A DNA stretch of 64,000 nucleotides. Origin: Syntrophomonas sp. (GTDB lineage: Bacteria > Bacillota > Syntrophomonadia > Syntrophomonadales > Syntrophomonadaceae). The notes below the pieces were generated by a model that saw only the letters and a list, made by a program, of their open reading frames with translations, was not told where the DNA came from and did not search any database. Shown here one piece after another: positions 18,545 to 28,219 of the stretch. The stretch covers positions 1,362-65,361 of the forward strand of contig DAOTHZ010000001.1 of the NCBI GenBank assembly GCA_035447945.1, written 5' to 3'. Made by a program: the position numbers and the translations under genes. Each line of letters starts with the position of its first letter. Within the stretch, counting starts at the first letter, position 1.

Positions 18545-20098
18545 ATGAAATTAATAACAGCGGATGAAATGAAAGCGATTGATCGTCGGGCCAGTAAGGA
18601 TTATCTGATTCCCAGCATTGTTTTAATGGAAAATGCAGGGATGCGTACCACGGAAAAAATTGTGGAACTGCTGGACGGTGTGCAAGAGCGGTGTATTATC
18701 ATTTTGGTGGGTCGCGGCAACAACGGCGGTGATGGTCTGGTCATCGCCCGCCATTTGCTCAATGCTGGTGCCCAGGTGGATGTATTTATGTGTGCTGAAG
18801 CCGATCAGTTGAGTGGGGATGCCGCCATCAATTATGCTATTTTGGACCGGATGAAGGGCAGGATTCATCCTTTGCGCCAAGAAGCAGACCGGGAACGCTT
18901 CATCATGGCTTTGCTGCAGGCTGACATGGTCGTCGATGCGTTGTACGGTATCGGTTTTAGAGGCAGTTTGAGCGAGTTTGAAGCAGAAATTGCCAGACTG
19001 GTCAATCAAAGTCAAAGCATGGTTCTGGCAGTTGATATTCCCTCCGGTCTGGAAGCCGATACCGGGCAGGTGAACGGGATCGCCTTTAAGGCTGACTACA
19101 CGGTGACGTTTGCCTTGCCCAAACGAGGGATGATCCTGGGCAGAGATCGGCAACATGTAGGGCAGCTAACGGTGGCCGATATATCCATCCCGGGTGCCTT
19201 GCTCAAGGACGAAGCACTGCAACTGCAGATTATTACAAAAGAGATGGTCAGCCCATATTTCAAGCCCCGAAATTCCAATACCCACAAAGGCAGTTACGGC
19301 CATACGCTGGTCATTGGTGGTTCCATGGGAATGAGCGGAGCAGTCGTCATGACTGCCTGGGCAGCACTGCGCTGCGGTGCAGGTTTGGCAACCTTGGCCT
19401 TGCCGGACAAAATTGTAAGTGCCGCCGGGCTGGTACCTGAAATTATGAGCAGGGGATTGCCTTCCACGTCGCAAGGAGCCATTGCCGCGGAGGCTTGTCC
19501 TATCCTTGAGAATCTCTTGGGGACTGTTTCGGTATGTGCGCTGGGACCGGGAATGTCCCGTTATGGAGAGGGACATGCGGTTGTAAAGACAGTGTTGGAA
19601 AAAGCCGGTATTCCAGTGCTAATCGATGCGGATGGTCTAAATGCCCTGCAAGGAGACACGGAGATTTTAAGAGATCGACAGGTACCCATCGTCATTACTC
19701 CGCATCCAGGTGAAATGGCGCGTTTGACCGGGAGATCGGTAGAAGAAATTCAGAACCAACGGATCGATATTAGCCGGGATTATGCAAGCGAATGGGGAGT
19801 TACGATTGTTCTCAAGGGACATCATACTATTGTGGCACATCCCTCCGGACAGGTTTTTATAAATGTGAACGGGAATCCTGGCATGGCAACTGCCGGCAGC
19901 GGAGATGTCTTAAGCGGGATCATTGCCGGCCTCATGGCCCAGGGAATGAAACCGACTGAAGCCGCTGTAGCCGGTGTTTACTTGCACGGCTGGGCAGGTG
20001 ATGAAGCCGCCCGGCATCAGGGACAAAGATCTTTAACGGCCACTGATCTGATTCACCGGATGAGTGATGTGATCAATTCCTTGGAAAACAACGGATAG
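18545..20098 (+). CDS. nnr: Bifunctional NAD(P)H-hydrate repair enzyme (epimerase/ADP-dependent dehydratase)
   Basis: YjeF_N (GRGNNGGDG) plus carbohydrate-kinase-like C domain (GPGMS, TPHPGE, GSGDVLSG). The ATG at 18545 lies 5 nt after the acpS stop. The longer ORF starting at 18383 overlaps acpS. Confidence 0.9.
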   Translation: MKLITADEMKAIDRRASKDYLIPSIVLMENAGMRTTEKIVELLDGVQERCIIILVGRGNNGGDGLVIARHLLNAGAQVDVFMCAEADQLSGDAAINYAILDRMKGRIHPLRQEADRERFIMALLQADMVVDALYGIGFRGSLSEFEAEIARLVNQSQSMVLAVDIPSGLEADTGQVNGIAFKADYTVTFALPKRGMILGRDRQHVGQLTVADISIPGALLKDEALQLQIITKEMVSPYFKPRNSNTHKGSYGHTLVIGGSMGMSGAVVMTAWAALRCGAGLATLALPDKIVSAAGLVPEIMSRGLPSTSQGAIAAEACPILENLLGTVSVCALGPGMSRYGEGHAVVKTVLEKAGIPVLIDADGLNALQGDTEILRDRQVPIVITPHPGEMARLTGRSVEEIQNQRIDISRDYASEWGVTIVLKGHHTIVAHPSGQVFINVNGNPGMATAGSGDVLSGIIAGLMAQGMKPTEAAVAGVYLHGWAGDEAARHQGQRSLTATDLIHRMSDVINSLENNG

Positions 20099-20140
20099 AG
20101 CATACAGTGTTTGCAATATGAATAATGGGAGGTAGGATAA

Positions 20141-20590
20141 ATGCTGGCCAAAGACATTATGACCAGAGATGTGATTACCGTCAGAGCAGAAGAAGAGGTG
20201 GAAAAAGTCGCCCAGCTTTTGTTGGACAACAAGATCAGCGGGGTGCCGGTGGTTGATGAAAATTACCACCTGGTGGGGATGGTTACGGAAAAAGACCTGA
20301 TGGTCAAAGCCACGGAACTAAGAGTACCTTTTTATATAACATTATTTGACAGTATTATTTTTCTGGAAAACCCCATACGTTTTAAAAACGATCTCAAAAA
20401 ATACACTGCCTCACAAGTAAAGGATGCCATGACCAAGAAGGTATACTGGGTTGAGGAAGATACCCCGGTTGCCGAGGTGGCGGCATTGATGCAAAAAGAA
20501 AACATCAATCGAGTGCCGGTTCTGAGACATAAAAAAGTGATGGGAATCATAACCCGTAATGATTTACTAAAAACCTTGGTGAAAAAGTAA
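20141..20590 (+). CDS. CBS domain pair protein
   Basis: Two CBS repeats (AKDIMTRDVITV..., VKDAMTKKVYWV...). 149 aa. Confidence 0.8.
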   Translation: MLAKDIMTRDVITVRAEEEVEKVAQLLLDNKISGVPVVDENYHLVGMVTEKDLMVKATELRVPFYITLFDSIIFLENPIRFKNDLKKYTASQVKDAMTKKVYWVEEDTPVAEVAALMQKENINRVPVLRHKKVMGIITRNDLLKTLVKK

Positions 20591-21720
20591 TGGATAATCG
20601 CAGCACAAGCTGGGCAGAAATAGATTTAGGAGCGCTCAGAAGAAATATTTCCGCCATTAGGGCGTTGTTGCAACCGGATACGAGGTTGATGGCAGTGGTT
20701 AAAGCCAATGCCTACGGGCACGGAGTGCTGCAAGTGGCTCGGGTCTGTATGGAGAACGGTGCGGATTATCTCGCAGTTGCAAACGTACAGGAAGCCATGG
20801 AACTTCGTCAGGCCAATATCCATGCGCCGATTTTGGTGTTGGGCATGGTACCCGAAGAACAGGCTGCCTTGATGAGCCGCCACGATATCGAGGCGGCGGT
20901 TGCTGATCTGGAAAGTGCCCAAGGCTATTCGCGCCAGGCCAGTACCGTTCCTCCGCTTCGATTGCATGTCAAACTGGATACCGGCATGGGTAGAATTGGA
21001 TTTCAAACCGATGAAAAAACAGTCGGTGAAATTAAAACCATCCAGCAACTGCCTAATGTAACCTTGCAGGGTGTTTTTAGCCATTTTGCTGCAGCTGATG
21101 CCGCCGACAAGGAGTACAGCCGTCGGCAAACAAGCGACTTTGAGGCTTTTATCGAGTGCTTGCAAGCCAACAACATTCATATCCCTGTCAAACATTTGGC
21201 CAACAGTGCAGCGATTATTGATTTGCCTGAAACCCAATACAATATGGTGCGCAGCGGGATTATTATGTACGGACTTTATCCTTCTGACCAGGTCAAGCGA
21301 GAAAAACTTCCCCTGGAACCCGTGATGCGCTTAAAGACCCGGATTGCTTTCCTAAAAACCCTGTCGCCCGGCAGATCGGTATCCTATTGCCGAACCTTTG
21401 TTGCTCCCCAGGATACACTGGTGGCGACGGTACCCATCGGTTATGCAGACGGATACAGCCGGCTTTTGTCCAATCGGGCCTGGGCGGTGGTACGGGGGCA
21501 AAAAGTACCTTTGATCGGCAATGTTTGCATGGATCAATGCATGTTTGATGTGACCGGCGTCGAGGGTGTGGAAAAAGGCGATGAAATGATTCTTTTTGGC
21601 CGCCCGGAAGATGGCGTTACCGCTGATGATCTGGCTCACATCACCGGCACGATCAATTACGAGATTGTCTGTACGCTAGGGCAGCGTATCCCCCGTGTCT
21701 ATGTGGGCCAGGGAGGATAA
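20590..21720 (+). CDS. alr: Alanine racemase
   Basis: PLP-lysine motif AVVKANAYGHG and C-terminal catalytic Tyr region. The start overlaps the CBS gene stop (TAATG). Confidence 0.9.
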   Translation: MDNRSTSWAEIDLGALRRNISAIRALLQPDTRLMAVVKANAYGHGVLQVARVCMENGADYLAVANVQEAMELRQANIHAPILVLGMVPEEQAALMSRHDIEAAVADLESAQGYSRQASTVPPLRLHVKLDTGMGRIGFQTDEKTVGEIKTIQQLPNVTLQGVFSHFAAADAADKEYSRRQTSDFEAFIECLQANNIHIPVKHLANSAAIIDLPETQYNMVRSGIIMYGLYPSDQVKREKLPLEPVMRLKTRIAFLKTLSPGRSVSYCRTFVAPQDTLVATVPIGYADGYSRLLSNRAWAVVRGQKVPLIGNVCMDQCMFDVTGVEGVEKGDEMILFGRPEDGVTADDLAHITGTINYEIVCTLGQRIPRVYVGQGG

Positions 21721-21804
21721 ACAATTATTGGATTTGCGGGAAAAAGTGCATGTCTATATAATAAACGTATGCAATATGACATTTACTATATGGGGGTGTA
21801 CTTC

Positions 21805-22032
21805 TTGCCAGACTCCAAAAGAATCTCTATCACCATACCTGTAGACCTCCTTGGAGAACTCGATACTTTATGCCACCTTGAGCATAAAAATCGCAGTGAA
21901 ATCGTCAGGCAAGCAATCGTTGACTACTTGGAGGAACGCAGAAAGAATGCAATGATCGAACAAATGAAGAAGGGGTATCTGGAGATGGCAGCAATTAACC
22001 TTGGCATTGCCGGTGAAGACAAACAAAACTGA
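21805..22032 (+). CDS. mazE: Ribbon-helix-helix (CopG/MazE-EndoAI-type) antitoxin
   Basis: [19 protein letters not shown] motif. Position between alr and mazF as in Bacillus ndoAI. The start is ambiguous: TTG at 21805 or GTG at 21796 after GGGGG, whereas the ORF track starts at 21769. Confidence 0.75.
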   Translation: MPDSKRISITIPVDLLGELDTLCHLEHKNRSEIVRQAIVDYLEERRKNAMIEQMKKGYLEMAAINLGIAGEDKQN

Positions 22033-22075
22033 AAATGCAGGGTTTAAAGCAAAAAGTGCTGGAGTGATTAACATT

Positions 22076-22432
22076 ATGATTAAAAGAGGTGAAATCTACT
22101 TTGCCCAGCTAAACCCGGTAATCGGGTCTGAGCAGGGTGGATTAAGACCGGTGCTGGTGGTCCAAAATGATATTGGCAATCAGTATAGCCCTACGACAAT
22201 CGTGCTGGCCATTACCTCGCAGATAAACAAAGCCAAGCTGCCCACCCATGTCGAATTAAAAGCGGAAACCTATGGTCTGGAAAGAGATTCCGTGGTGCTC
22301 ACCGAGCAAATCAGGACCATTGACAAAAAACGCCTGAAACAGCGGGTGGCCGTGTTGAATGATGAGACCATGGAGAAAGTTGACCAGGCGCTGGGCATCA
22401 GTATTGAATTAGCCAATCGAATTAATACATAA
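22076..22432 (+). CDS. mazF: MazF/EndoA (PemK family) endoribonuclease toxin
   Basis: [31 protein letters not shown]...TIVLAITSQ...PTHVEL is near-canonical EndoA/MazF. The ATG at 22076 is preceded by GGAG. Confidence 0.9.
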   Translation: MIKRGEIYFAQLNPVIGSEQGGLRPVLVVQNDIGNQYSPTTIVLAITSQINKAKLPTHVELKAETYGLERDSVVLTEQIRTIDKKRLKQRVAVLNDETMEKVDQALGISIELANRINT

Positions 22433-22458
22433 AGCAGCAAATACTGCAAGTGATTCCA

Positions 22459-22488
22459 AGCAGGTTCTTCTAGGACCTGCTTTGCTTA
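22459..22488 (+). terminator. Rho-independent terminator after mazF
   Basis: Stem agcaggt/acctgct (22459-22465/22475-22481) followed by ttgctt. Confidence 0.55.
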
Positions 22489-22587
22489 TGCAAGCACGTA
22501 AGGACTTGGAGACGAATATGATAGACAAAATGGCCAAACCTGACTTTGGACTGAAAAAAGCTGTGCATCAATCAGGGGGAATGAATT

Positions 22588-23277
22588 TTGCGTCCAGTGA
22601 TTGGAATCACTTGTAATTATGTGCAGACTGCCAATTTGTTAAGTTTGCGTGATGCTTATGCGGAATCCATTTATATGGCCGGAGGGCTGCCGCTGATTCT
22701 GCCGGTAGCCAGTCAACAAGATCTGTGCCGGCAGTATTTTGATCTATGCGACGGGTTTTTGTTTTCAGGCGGGGGAGATGCCGATCCGTATTGGTTTGGA
22801 CAGACTGCCGACAGAGATTTGGGAGAAGTAAGTCCCCTGCGGGATGCTTTTGAAATACAATTGGCTCGTATGGCGCTAGCTACCGGCAAACCAGCGTTGG
22901 GAATCTGCCGGGGGTGTCAGATCCTAAGTATTGCTGACGGGGGCACGATCTTACAAGATATAAAAAGCAAGCAACTGCACGATCAAAAAGCTCCCCGGGA
23001 CTATCCAATTCATGATATATTGATCGAGAGCGGCAGTTTGTTGGCAAGTATCGTACAGTCTGACTGCATCCGGGTCAACAGTTTCCATCACCAGGCCATC
23101 GACAAGGCAGGGGATAACCTGATCATAAGCGCCTGGGCCCGGGACGGTATTGCTGAAGCGGTGGAAGGACGAAACGGATTCTTTTACCTGGGGGTGCAAT
23201 GGCATCCGGAATGCCTGCAGGATATCTGTTCGCAGCGTTTGTTTGCGGCTTTGACAGAGCAATCCAAATACTTTTAA
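22588..23277 (+). CDS. Class I glutamine amidotransferase-like, peptidase C26 (gamma-glutamyl-GABA hydrolase family)
   Basis: Nucleophile elbow GICRGCQ and the C-terminal HH/E region (SFHHQA, GVQWHPE). TTG start. Confidence 0.8.
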   Translation: MRPVIGITCNYVQTANLLSLRDAYAESIYMAGGLPLILPVASQQDLCRQYFDLCDGFLFSGGGDADPYWFGQTADRDLGEVSPLRDAFEIQLARMALATGKPALGICRGCQILSIADGGTILQDIKSKQLHDQKAPRDYPIHDILIESGSLLASIVQSDCIRVNSFHHQAIDKAGDNLIISAWARDGIAEAVEGRNGFFYLGVQWHPECLQDICSQRLFAALTEQSKYF

Positions 23278-23350
23278 ACTGAGGATAATGGAAGACAGTC
23301 ATTCGAACCGCGGCTGTCAATTGATCATAGAATGTAGAACAGGGGAGGCA

Positions 23351-24505
23351 ATGAACAAGATGTATGCGATTCGAGGCGGAAAAATTTTAACCATGGCTCA
23401 ACCAGGGACTGTCGATGATGCCATGATTCTGATCGAGGGCGAGCGGATCAGACAGATTAATTACAACCTGCAGCCGCCGGATGGTTATAAAGTGATTGAG
23501 GCACAGGGCAAGTATATTTGTCCGGGCTTCATCGATTCACATACCCATCTGGGTTTGGAAGAAGAGATTTATCGCATCGAAGGCGATGATGTCAATGAAA
23601 TGACCCATCCGGTGACCCCTCAGTTGCAGGCAGTTGACGGGATCAACTACTTTGATCTGGGTTTTGAGGATGCGCTGCGCGGCGGCATCACCAGGGCTAT
23701 GGTCATGCCGGGCAGTGCCAATATACTGGGAGGGCAGGCCGCTTTCCTGAAAACACTGGCTTCCAGACCTGCAGAAATGATTTACAAGAACCCTTGGGGA
23801 TTGAAAGCGGCGCTGGGTGAGAATCCCAAGCGAGTCTATGGGGCTGACAAGAAATCTCCGCAAACCCGCATGGCCAGCGCCAGTCTGTTGCGAGAGGCTT
23901 TTTTCAAAGCCGCCCGGGTGATTGACAAGTTGGATCTTGAGGGAGGCGAAGCTTATGCCCAAGAGCCTATCTTCAAGGTGCTGCGTCGGGAGATGCCGCT
24001 GCTGCTGCATGTTCACCGGGCGGATGACATTCTCACAGCACTGCGGATCATGGACGAATTTCACTTTGATCTTCTCATTCAACATGGGACAGAAGCCCAT
24101 TTGGTGGCAGACGAACTGTGCGAGCGCAAGGTAGGTGTTTTTCTCGGTCCGCTCCTGGTCAATCGGGCCAAGGTTGAAATGAAGTCAGTTGCTTTTAAAA
24201 ATGCCCGCCTGCTGGCAGAAAGAGGCGTAAAATTTTCATTGATCACAGATCACCCGGTGGTTCCGATCGAACATCTCAGGGTGTGTGCCGCCTTGGCCGT
24301 ACGGGAAGGATTGAGTGAAGACACAGCGCTGCAAGCCCTCACGGTTGAGCCTGCTTCTTTCTTGGGGGTGGAGGAGGAACTGGGCAGTATAAAAGTTGGG
24401 AAAAGAGCTGATCTGGTTATCTTCAACGGACATCCGCTTGATTTCCGCTCGGTTGTGGAGGAAGTTTTCGTAGATGGTCTGCTTTGGAGGAATCGTATTG
24501 AATAG
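23351..24505 (+). CDS. Metal-dependent amidohydrolase (imidazolonepropionase-like superfamily)
   Basis: PGFIDSHTHLG metal-binding HxH motif and C-terminal GSIKVGKRADLV motif. The ATG at 23351 follows AGGGGAGG. Confidence 0.8.
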   Translation: MNKMYAIRGGKILTMAQPGTVDDAMILIEGERIRQINYNLQPPDGYKVIEAQGKYICPGFIDSHTHLGLEEEIYRIEGDDVNEMTHPVTPQLQAVDGINYFDLGFEDALRGGITRAMVMPGSANILGGQAAFLKTLASRPAEMIYKNPWGLKAALGENPKRVYGADKKSPQTRMASASLLREAFFKAARVIDKLDLEGGEAYAQEPIFKVLRREMPLLLHVHRADDILTALRIMDEFHFDLLIQHGTEAHLVADELCERKVGVFLGPLLVNRAKVEMKSVAFKNARLLAERGVKFSLITDHPVVPIEHLRVCAALAVREGLSEDTALQALTVEPASFLGVEEELGSIKVGKRADLVIFNGHPLDFRSVVEEVFVDGLLWRNRIE

Positions 24506-24539
24506 AGGAGATTTATTTACTGTATACATGGAGGGGGCT

Positions 24540-24689
24540 ATGATGACCGTTTGTGTAATTGCTTCCTATCAGGAAGAATACAGTGGAGAGGAAATGGTGA
24601 TCCTGGCGGTTATCAACCCGGATAACCTGGTGCATGTTTCCAGGGAAGAGCTGGATTACCTTTTTCCCCGCAGCAAGTTATTAAACTGA
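24540..24689 (+). CDS. Small hypothetical protein (49 aa)
   Basis: The ATG at 24540 is preceded by GGAGGGGG. No recognisable motif. Could be non-coding. Confidence 0.3.
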   Translation: MMTVCVIASYQEEYSGEEMVILAVINPDNLVHVSREELDYLFPRSKLLN

Positions 24690-24691
24690 TA

Positions 24692-26611
24692 TCAGTGGTC
24701 TGCAAAATCTCTATCGATCAATTGCAAGCATATGTCAACCACTTCGGGATCATACAGAATACCCCGATTGTCAGTGATTTCCTTGATGGCTTCCTCCAGA
24801 CCACGCGTCGGGCGATAAGGTCGATGGGCAGACATGGCTTCCACCACATCGGCAACGGTAATAATGCGTGCCTCCAGCATGATCTCCTGACCGCGCAATC
24901 CATTGGGATAACCGGAACCATCGATTTTTTCATGATGCTGCAGGACGATATCAGCAACCGGCCAGGGAAATTCAATTTCTTTCAGGATCTCGTAACCGAC
25001 CTGGGAGTGACTCTTTACGATTGCCAATTCCGGTTCAGAGAGTATTCCCGGTTTACTCAGAATTTCGATCGGTACGGTTATTTTGCCAATATCATGAAGA
25101 CTTGCTGCTGCATACAAGCCCGCCAGCTGTTCATCCGACAGGCCCATCTCCCTTGCAATAGCCACCGCCATGGCAGCTACGTTGCTTTGGTGCCCGGCTG
25201 TATAAGGGTCCCTTTTTTCGATTACCGCACCCAGGGCATTGGCTGCCTGTCTCATTAGTACCCGCATTTTTTCCACATACAATTGCGTTTTGCGCAACGT
25301 CTGGCTGTGCGACTGGCGAGTGCGCAGGGTGATAATGGCATAATCCAGGTTGTCTGCCATTTCTTTGAGCAGATTTTGTTCCTCGCCATTAAATATGCCG
25401 GTTTCATCAGCATAAATACACAAAGCGCCAAAAGGTTTGTTTTGATTCAAGAGGGGGATGCTCATGGATGATTTAAAGCCTTGCTGAAGAGCACTCTTCA
25501 GCCATGGCCGGTCCTTTTCGTTTTTTATATCCCGGACAATTACGGGTTTCCCAGTGATGATCGACATGCCGGTAGGACCTGCTCGCCGTCGCTTGTCAGT
25601 CAAACTAATTTTAAGGTTTTCCACATAATTTTCTGCTTTGCCCGCCCAGGCTACGGGAAGGACGGTTTGCTTTGCATCTTCCTGCAGATACCCAACCCAG
25701 CACATGCTGTAGTCGCCTATGTCTACAATCGTCTGGCAGATATCATGCAGCAGCTCTTTTTCAGTCTGGGCATGGAGCATGATTTGATTGCATGCGCTGA
25801 TCGCCTTCAAAGAACGGTCAATCCGGTTGAAGTCGGTGAGGTCGATAAAAGTTGCTACGGAAGTTTTAGTGCCGGGGATCAATTCCACGGCCATCAATCC
25901 TTCGCGAGGTTGGTTTTGTTTATTGATCATTCTGGTTTTGTATTTAAATGGTGCTGCATTTGGTAATGCCCGGCGTAATTGATGAAATTGTTTCATCTGT
26001 TCAACGAAGTCCGGGTGGATAATTTGCGGCCACTTCATACTGGTGAGTTCCTCGTTGGTGTAACCGATAATCCGTTCACATTCGCGGTTGACCCGGGAAA
26101 TGGACATATCTTCTTCCAAAAGCAGAGTTGCAGTCCCGGTGGTATCGAAAATCGTCTGGTAGTAGTTCTCACTGGCTTTGACTTTGGCTTCTGCCTGGCG
26201 CTGTTCTGTGATATTTTGCATCGAGGCCAGAGTGTATTTACTCTCAGGTATGAGTGAAACATTTAATAATAAATATTGAACGTTGTCATTCTTATCAATA
26301 ATCACGATTTCGTATTTGGAGGGCACAGAGCAAGGATCCAACATGCGTTGCGCATGATATTTCGTTAGCAACTGTTTGTTTTCCGGAAGTTTAATGATAT
26401 CAAGGATATTTTTGCCGATCAGTTCTTGACGGGAATACCCCACCAGTATTTCATACTGCAAATTCACAACAATGATGTCAAGATTTTCGTCAGCCACCAG
26501 GATGGGCACATTCAGATTTTCAAAAATACCTTGAAAATCATTGAAAAAAGTTAAATCCGTCGCCGATGTTTTCGGGTCATTTGATTTTGGTTTCATATTC
26601 GGCAGGATCAT
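24692..26611 (-). CDS. PAS-PAS-GAF-HD-GYP signalling protein (predicted c-di-GMP phosphodiesterase)
   Basis: Two PAS-like modules, a GAF-like module and a C-terminal HD (SLHDIGK) with HHEKIDGSGYPNGL. The ATG at 26611 follows GGAGGTGAGG. Confidence 0.8.
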   Translation of the reverse strand: MILPNMKPKSNDPKTSATDLTFFNDFQGIFENLNVPILVADENLDIIVVNLQYEILVGYSRQELIGKNILDIIKLPENKQLLTKYHAQRMLDPCSVPSKYEIVIIDKNDNVQYLLLNVSLIPESKYTLASMQNITEQRQAEAKVKASENYYQTIFDTTGTATLLLEEDMSISRVNRECERIIGYTNEELTSMKWPQIIHPDFVEQMKQFHQLRRALPNAAPFKYKTRMINKQNQPREGLMAVELIPGTKTSVATFIDLTDFNRIDRSLKAISACNQIMLHAQTEKELLHDICQTIVDIGDYSMCWVGYLQEDAKQTVLPVAWAGKAENYVENLKISLTDKRRRAGPTGMSIITGKPVIVRDIKNEKDRPWLKSALQQGFKSSMSIPLLNQNKPFGALCIYADETGIFNGEEQNLLKEMADNLDYAIITLRTRQSHSQTLRKTQLYVEKMRVLMRQAANALGAVIEKRDPYTAGHQSNVAAMAVAIAREMGLSDEQLAGLYAAASLHDIGKITVPIEILSKPGILSEPELAIVKSHSQVGYEILKEIEFPWPVADIVLQHHEKIDGSGYPNGLRGQEIMLEARIITVADVVEAMSAHRPYRPTRGLEEAIKEITDNRGILYDPEVVDICLQLIDRDFADH

Positions 26612-26648
26612 TTCCTCACCTCCCACGACCACCGGAAAAAAATAGAAC

Positions 26649-26666
26649 TATGATAAGCTTATCATA
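26649..26666. promoter_or_regulatory. Perfect 18-bp palindrome, candidate operator upstream of the PAS-GAF-HD-GYP gene
   Basis: TATGATAAG/CTTATCATA, centred about 46 bp upstream of the ATG at 26611. Confidence 0.4.
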
Positions 26667-26813
26667 ACATTTTTCCCCTTGCTTTCTAATCCCTGCTGAA
26701 AGTAAATTCTCAATTTTCTGACATGAGTTCTAAATTGCCAACATTTTCATCAAGGGTTTTCTGACGGGGTTAAGAATTTAAACAATACAGATTTAGTTAT
26801 TGGAGTTGAAGTG

Positions 26814-28163
26814 ATGAAGCGGTTTTATCTTATTTGTTGTTTGGCTATGGCATTTTGGCTGGCAGGTGCTGTGCCGTTGTCAGCTGGCATTGGTCCGATC
26901 ATAAAAATAAATGGACAGACAAGAACCTATGAGCCTCCTTGCCAAATTGTTGCGGGACGAACCATGATTCCGATCCGTTATGTGATTGAAGATCCTGCTT
27001 TGCGAGGCGCGGTGGATTGGAATGAGACAAAAGCCGAGGTCAGCGTCTGGTGCCGGGACAAGCATTTTGTTTTCCGGATTGGCAGCCATACCGCCAGCGT
27101 CGATAATCAAAACCTGGTTCTGGATGTAGCCCCATACATATATCAAAATCGTACCTATATTCCCCTGCGTTTTCTGGCGGAACAACTGTCTGCCCGAGTG
27201 GAGTGGAACGCTTCTGCCCGGGAAGTGAGCGTCCATTTCGCTACGCAAAAAGACCGGGTGTTTGCCTACTATTATTACCACTCCTTTGATGAATTCAAGC
27301 ACAATGCCGAATCGATAACGGATGTAGCCCTGCGCTGGTTTGAAACCAATGCGGAGGGAGATCTTTTCTATGAATACCAGGATGATTATGAGCAAATTTT
27401 GCAGTTTGCCCGGGAGAAAAGCATCAAAACCCATGCCAGCGTAGTCTTTATGGACAAGGATGGCTTGCATGCACTGCTTTCCGATTCTGTCAAACGGAAA
27501 TATTTGATTGCCCAGTTGCTTGAAGAGGTTAAACGAAACAACTACGACGGGGTAAACATTGATTTTGAATTCCTGGGGCAGGCTGATCGCGACTCTTTTG
27601 TGCAGTTCTTGCGGGATCTTAAACAGGGTTTGGGCAGAGACAAAGAGTTGTCGGTGGCCCTTTTTGCCTGCACCAAGCCGCAGAGTTGGCTGGCGGGTTA
27701 CGATTATGCCGCTATCGGCGGGATTGCTGACCAGGTTGTCGTGATGGCCTATGATTACCATTACAAAACCAGTCCGGCCGGACCGGTTGCCCCCCTGTGG
27801 TGGGTGGAAGACGTGGTTTCCTATCTAAAAACCATTATTCCGGCGGAAAAATTATTGCTGGGACTGCCTACCTATGGTTATGACTGGGGTGAGGGGATCG
27901 ACGGAACCACCATCACTGCTGCCAAATTGTATAGCCTGCAGGGCAAATACAAGTTGACCGAATCATTCGATAAAGCCAGTATGAGTCCTAGCTACAGTTA
28001 TATTGACAACAACGGTGTGCGTCATCAGATCTGGCTGGAAAACAAGGCGAGTTTGCAGGCCAAGCTGCAAGTTGCCCAGGAATACAAGCTGGCAGGGGTT
28101 TCTTTTTGGCGGATCGGCAACGGGTTTACGGAATTGTATGAACTGCTGGAGGAATGGCAGTAA
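26814..28163 (+). CDS. Secreted glycoside hydrolase family 18 protein with N-terminal copper-amine-oxidase-like (stalk) domains (YaaH/YdhD-like spore peptidoglycan hydrolase type)
   Basis: Signal peptide, two Cu_amine_oxidN1-like repeats (TMIPIRYV, RTYIPLRFL) and the GH18 catalytic motif YDGVNIDFEF. Confidence 0.8.
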   Translation: MKRFYLICCLAMAFWLAGAVPLSAGIGPIIKINGQTRTYEPPCQIVAGRTMIPIRYVIEDPALRGAVDWNETKAEVSVWCRDKHFVFRIGSHTASVDNQNLVLDVAPYIYQNRTYIPLRFLAEQLSARVEWNASAREVSVHFATQKDRVFAYYYYHSFDEFKHNAESITDVALRWFETNAEGDLFYEYQDDYEQILQFAREKSIKTHASVVFMDKDGLHALLSDSVKRKYLIAQLLEEVKRNNYDGVNIDFEFLGQADRDSFVQFLRDLKQGLGRDKELSVALFACTKPQSWLAGYDYAAIGGIADQVVVMAYDYHYKTSPAGPVAPLWWVEDVVSYLKTIIPAEKLLLGLPTYGYDWGEGIDGTTITAAKLYSLQGKYKLTESFDKASMSPSYSYIDNNGVRHQIWLENKASLQAKLQVAQEYKLAGVSFWRIGNGFTELYELLEEWQ

Positions 28164-28177
28164 GGTGGTTAACCGGC

Positions 28178-28200
28178 TTATTGCCAGGCCAGGGCAATAA
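28178..28200. terminator. Hairpin between convergent GH18 and LysR genes
   Basis: 8-bp stem ttattgcc/ggcaataa with a 7-nt loop. No clear U-tract. Confidence 0.35.
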
Positions 28201-28219
28201 TGCAGGAAACTGAACCGGC

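Noticed and set aside
26880-27761. 293-aa minus-strand ORF
   Set aside because: It lies entirely antisense to the GH18 gene, which has clear catalytic motifs. It has no recognisable motifs or SD. The same reasoning applies to the other long antisense ORFs in the track, for example 2982-3557, 12332-12904, 20626-21237, 23537-24100, 49698-50333 and 53652-54308.
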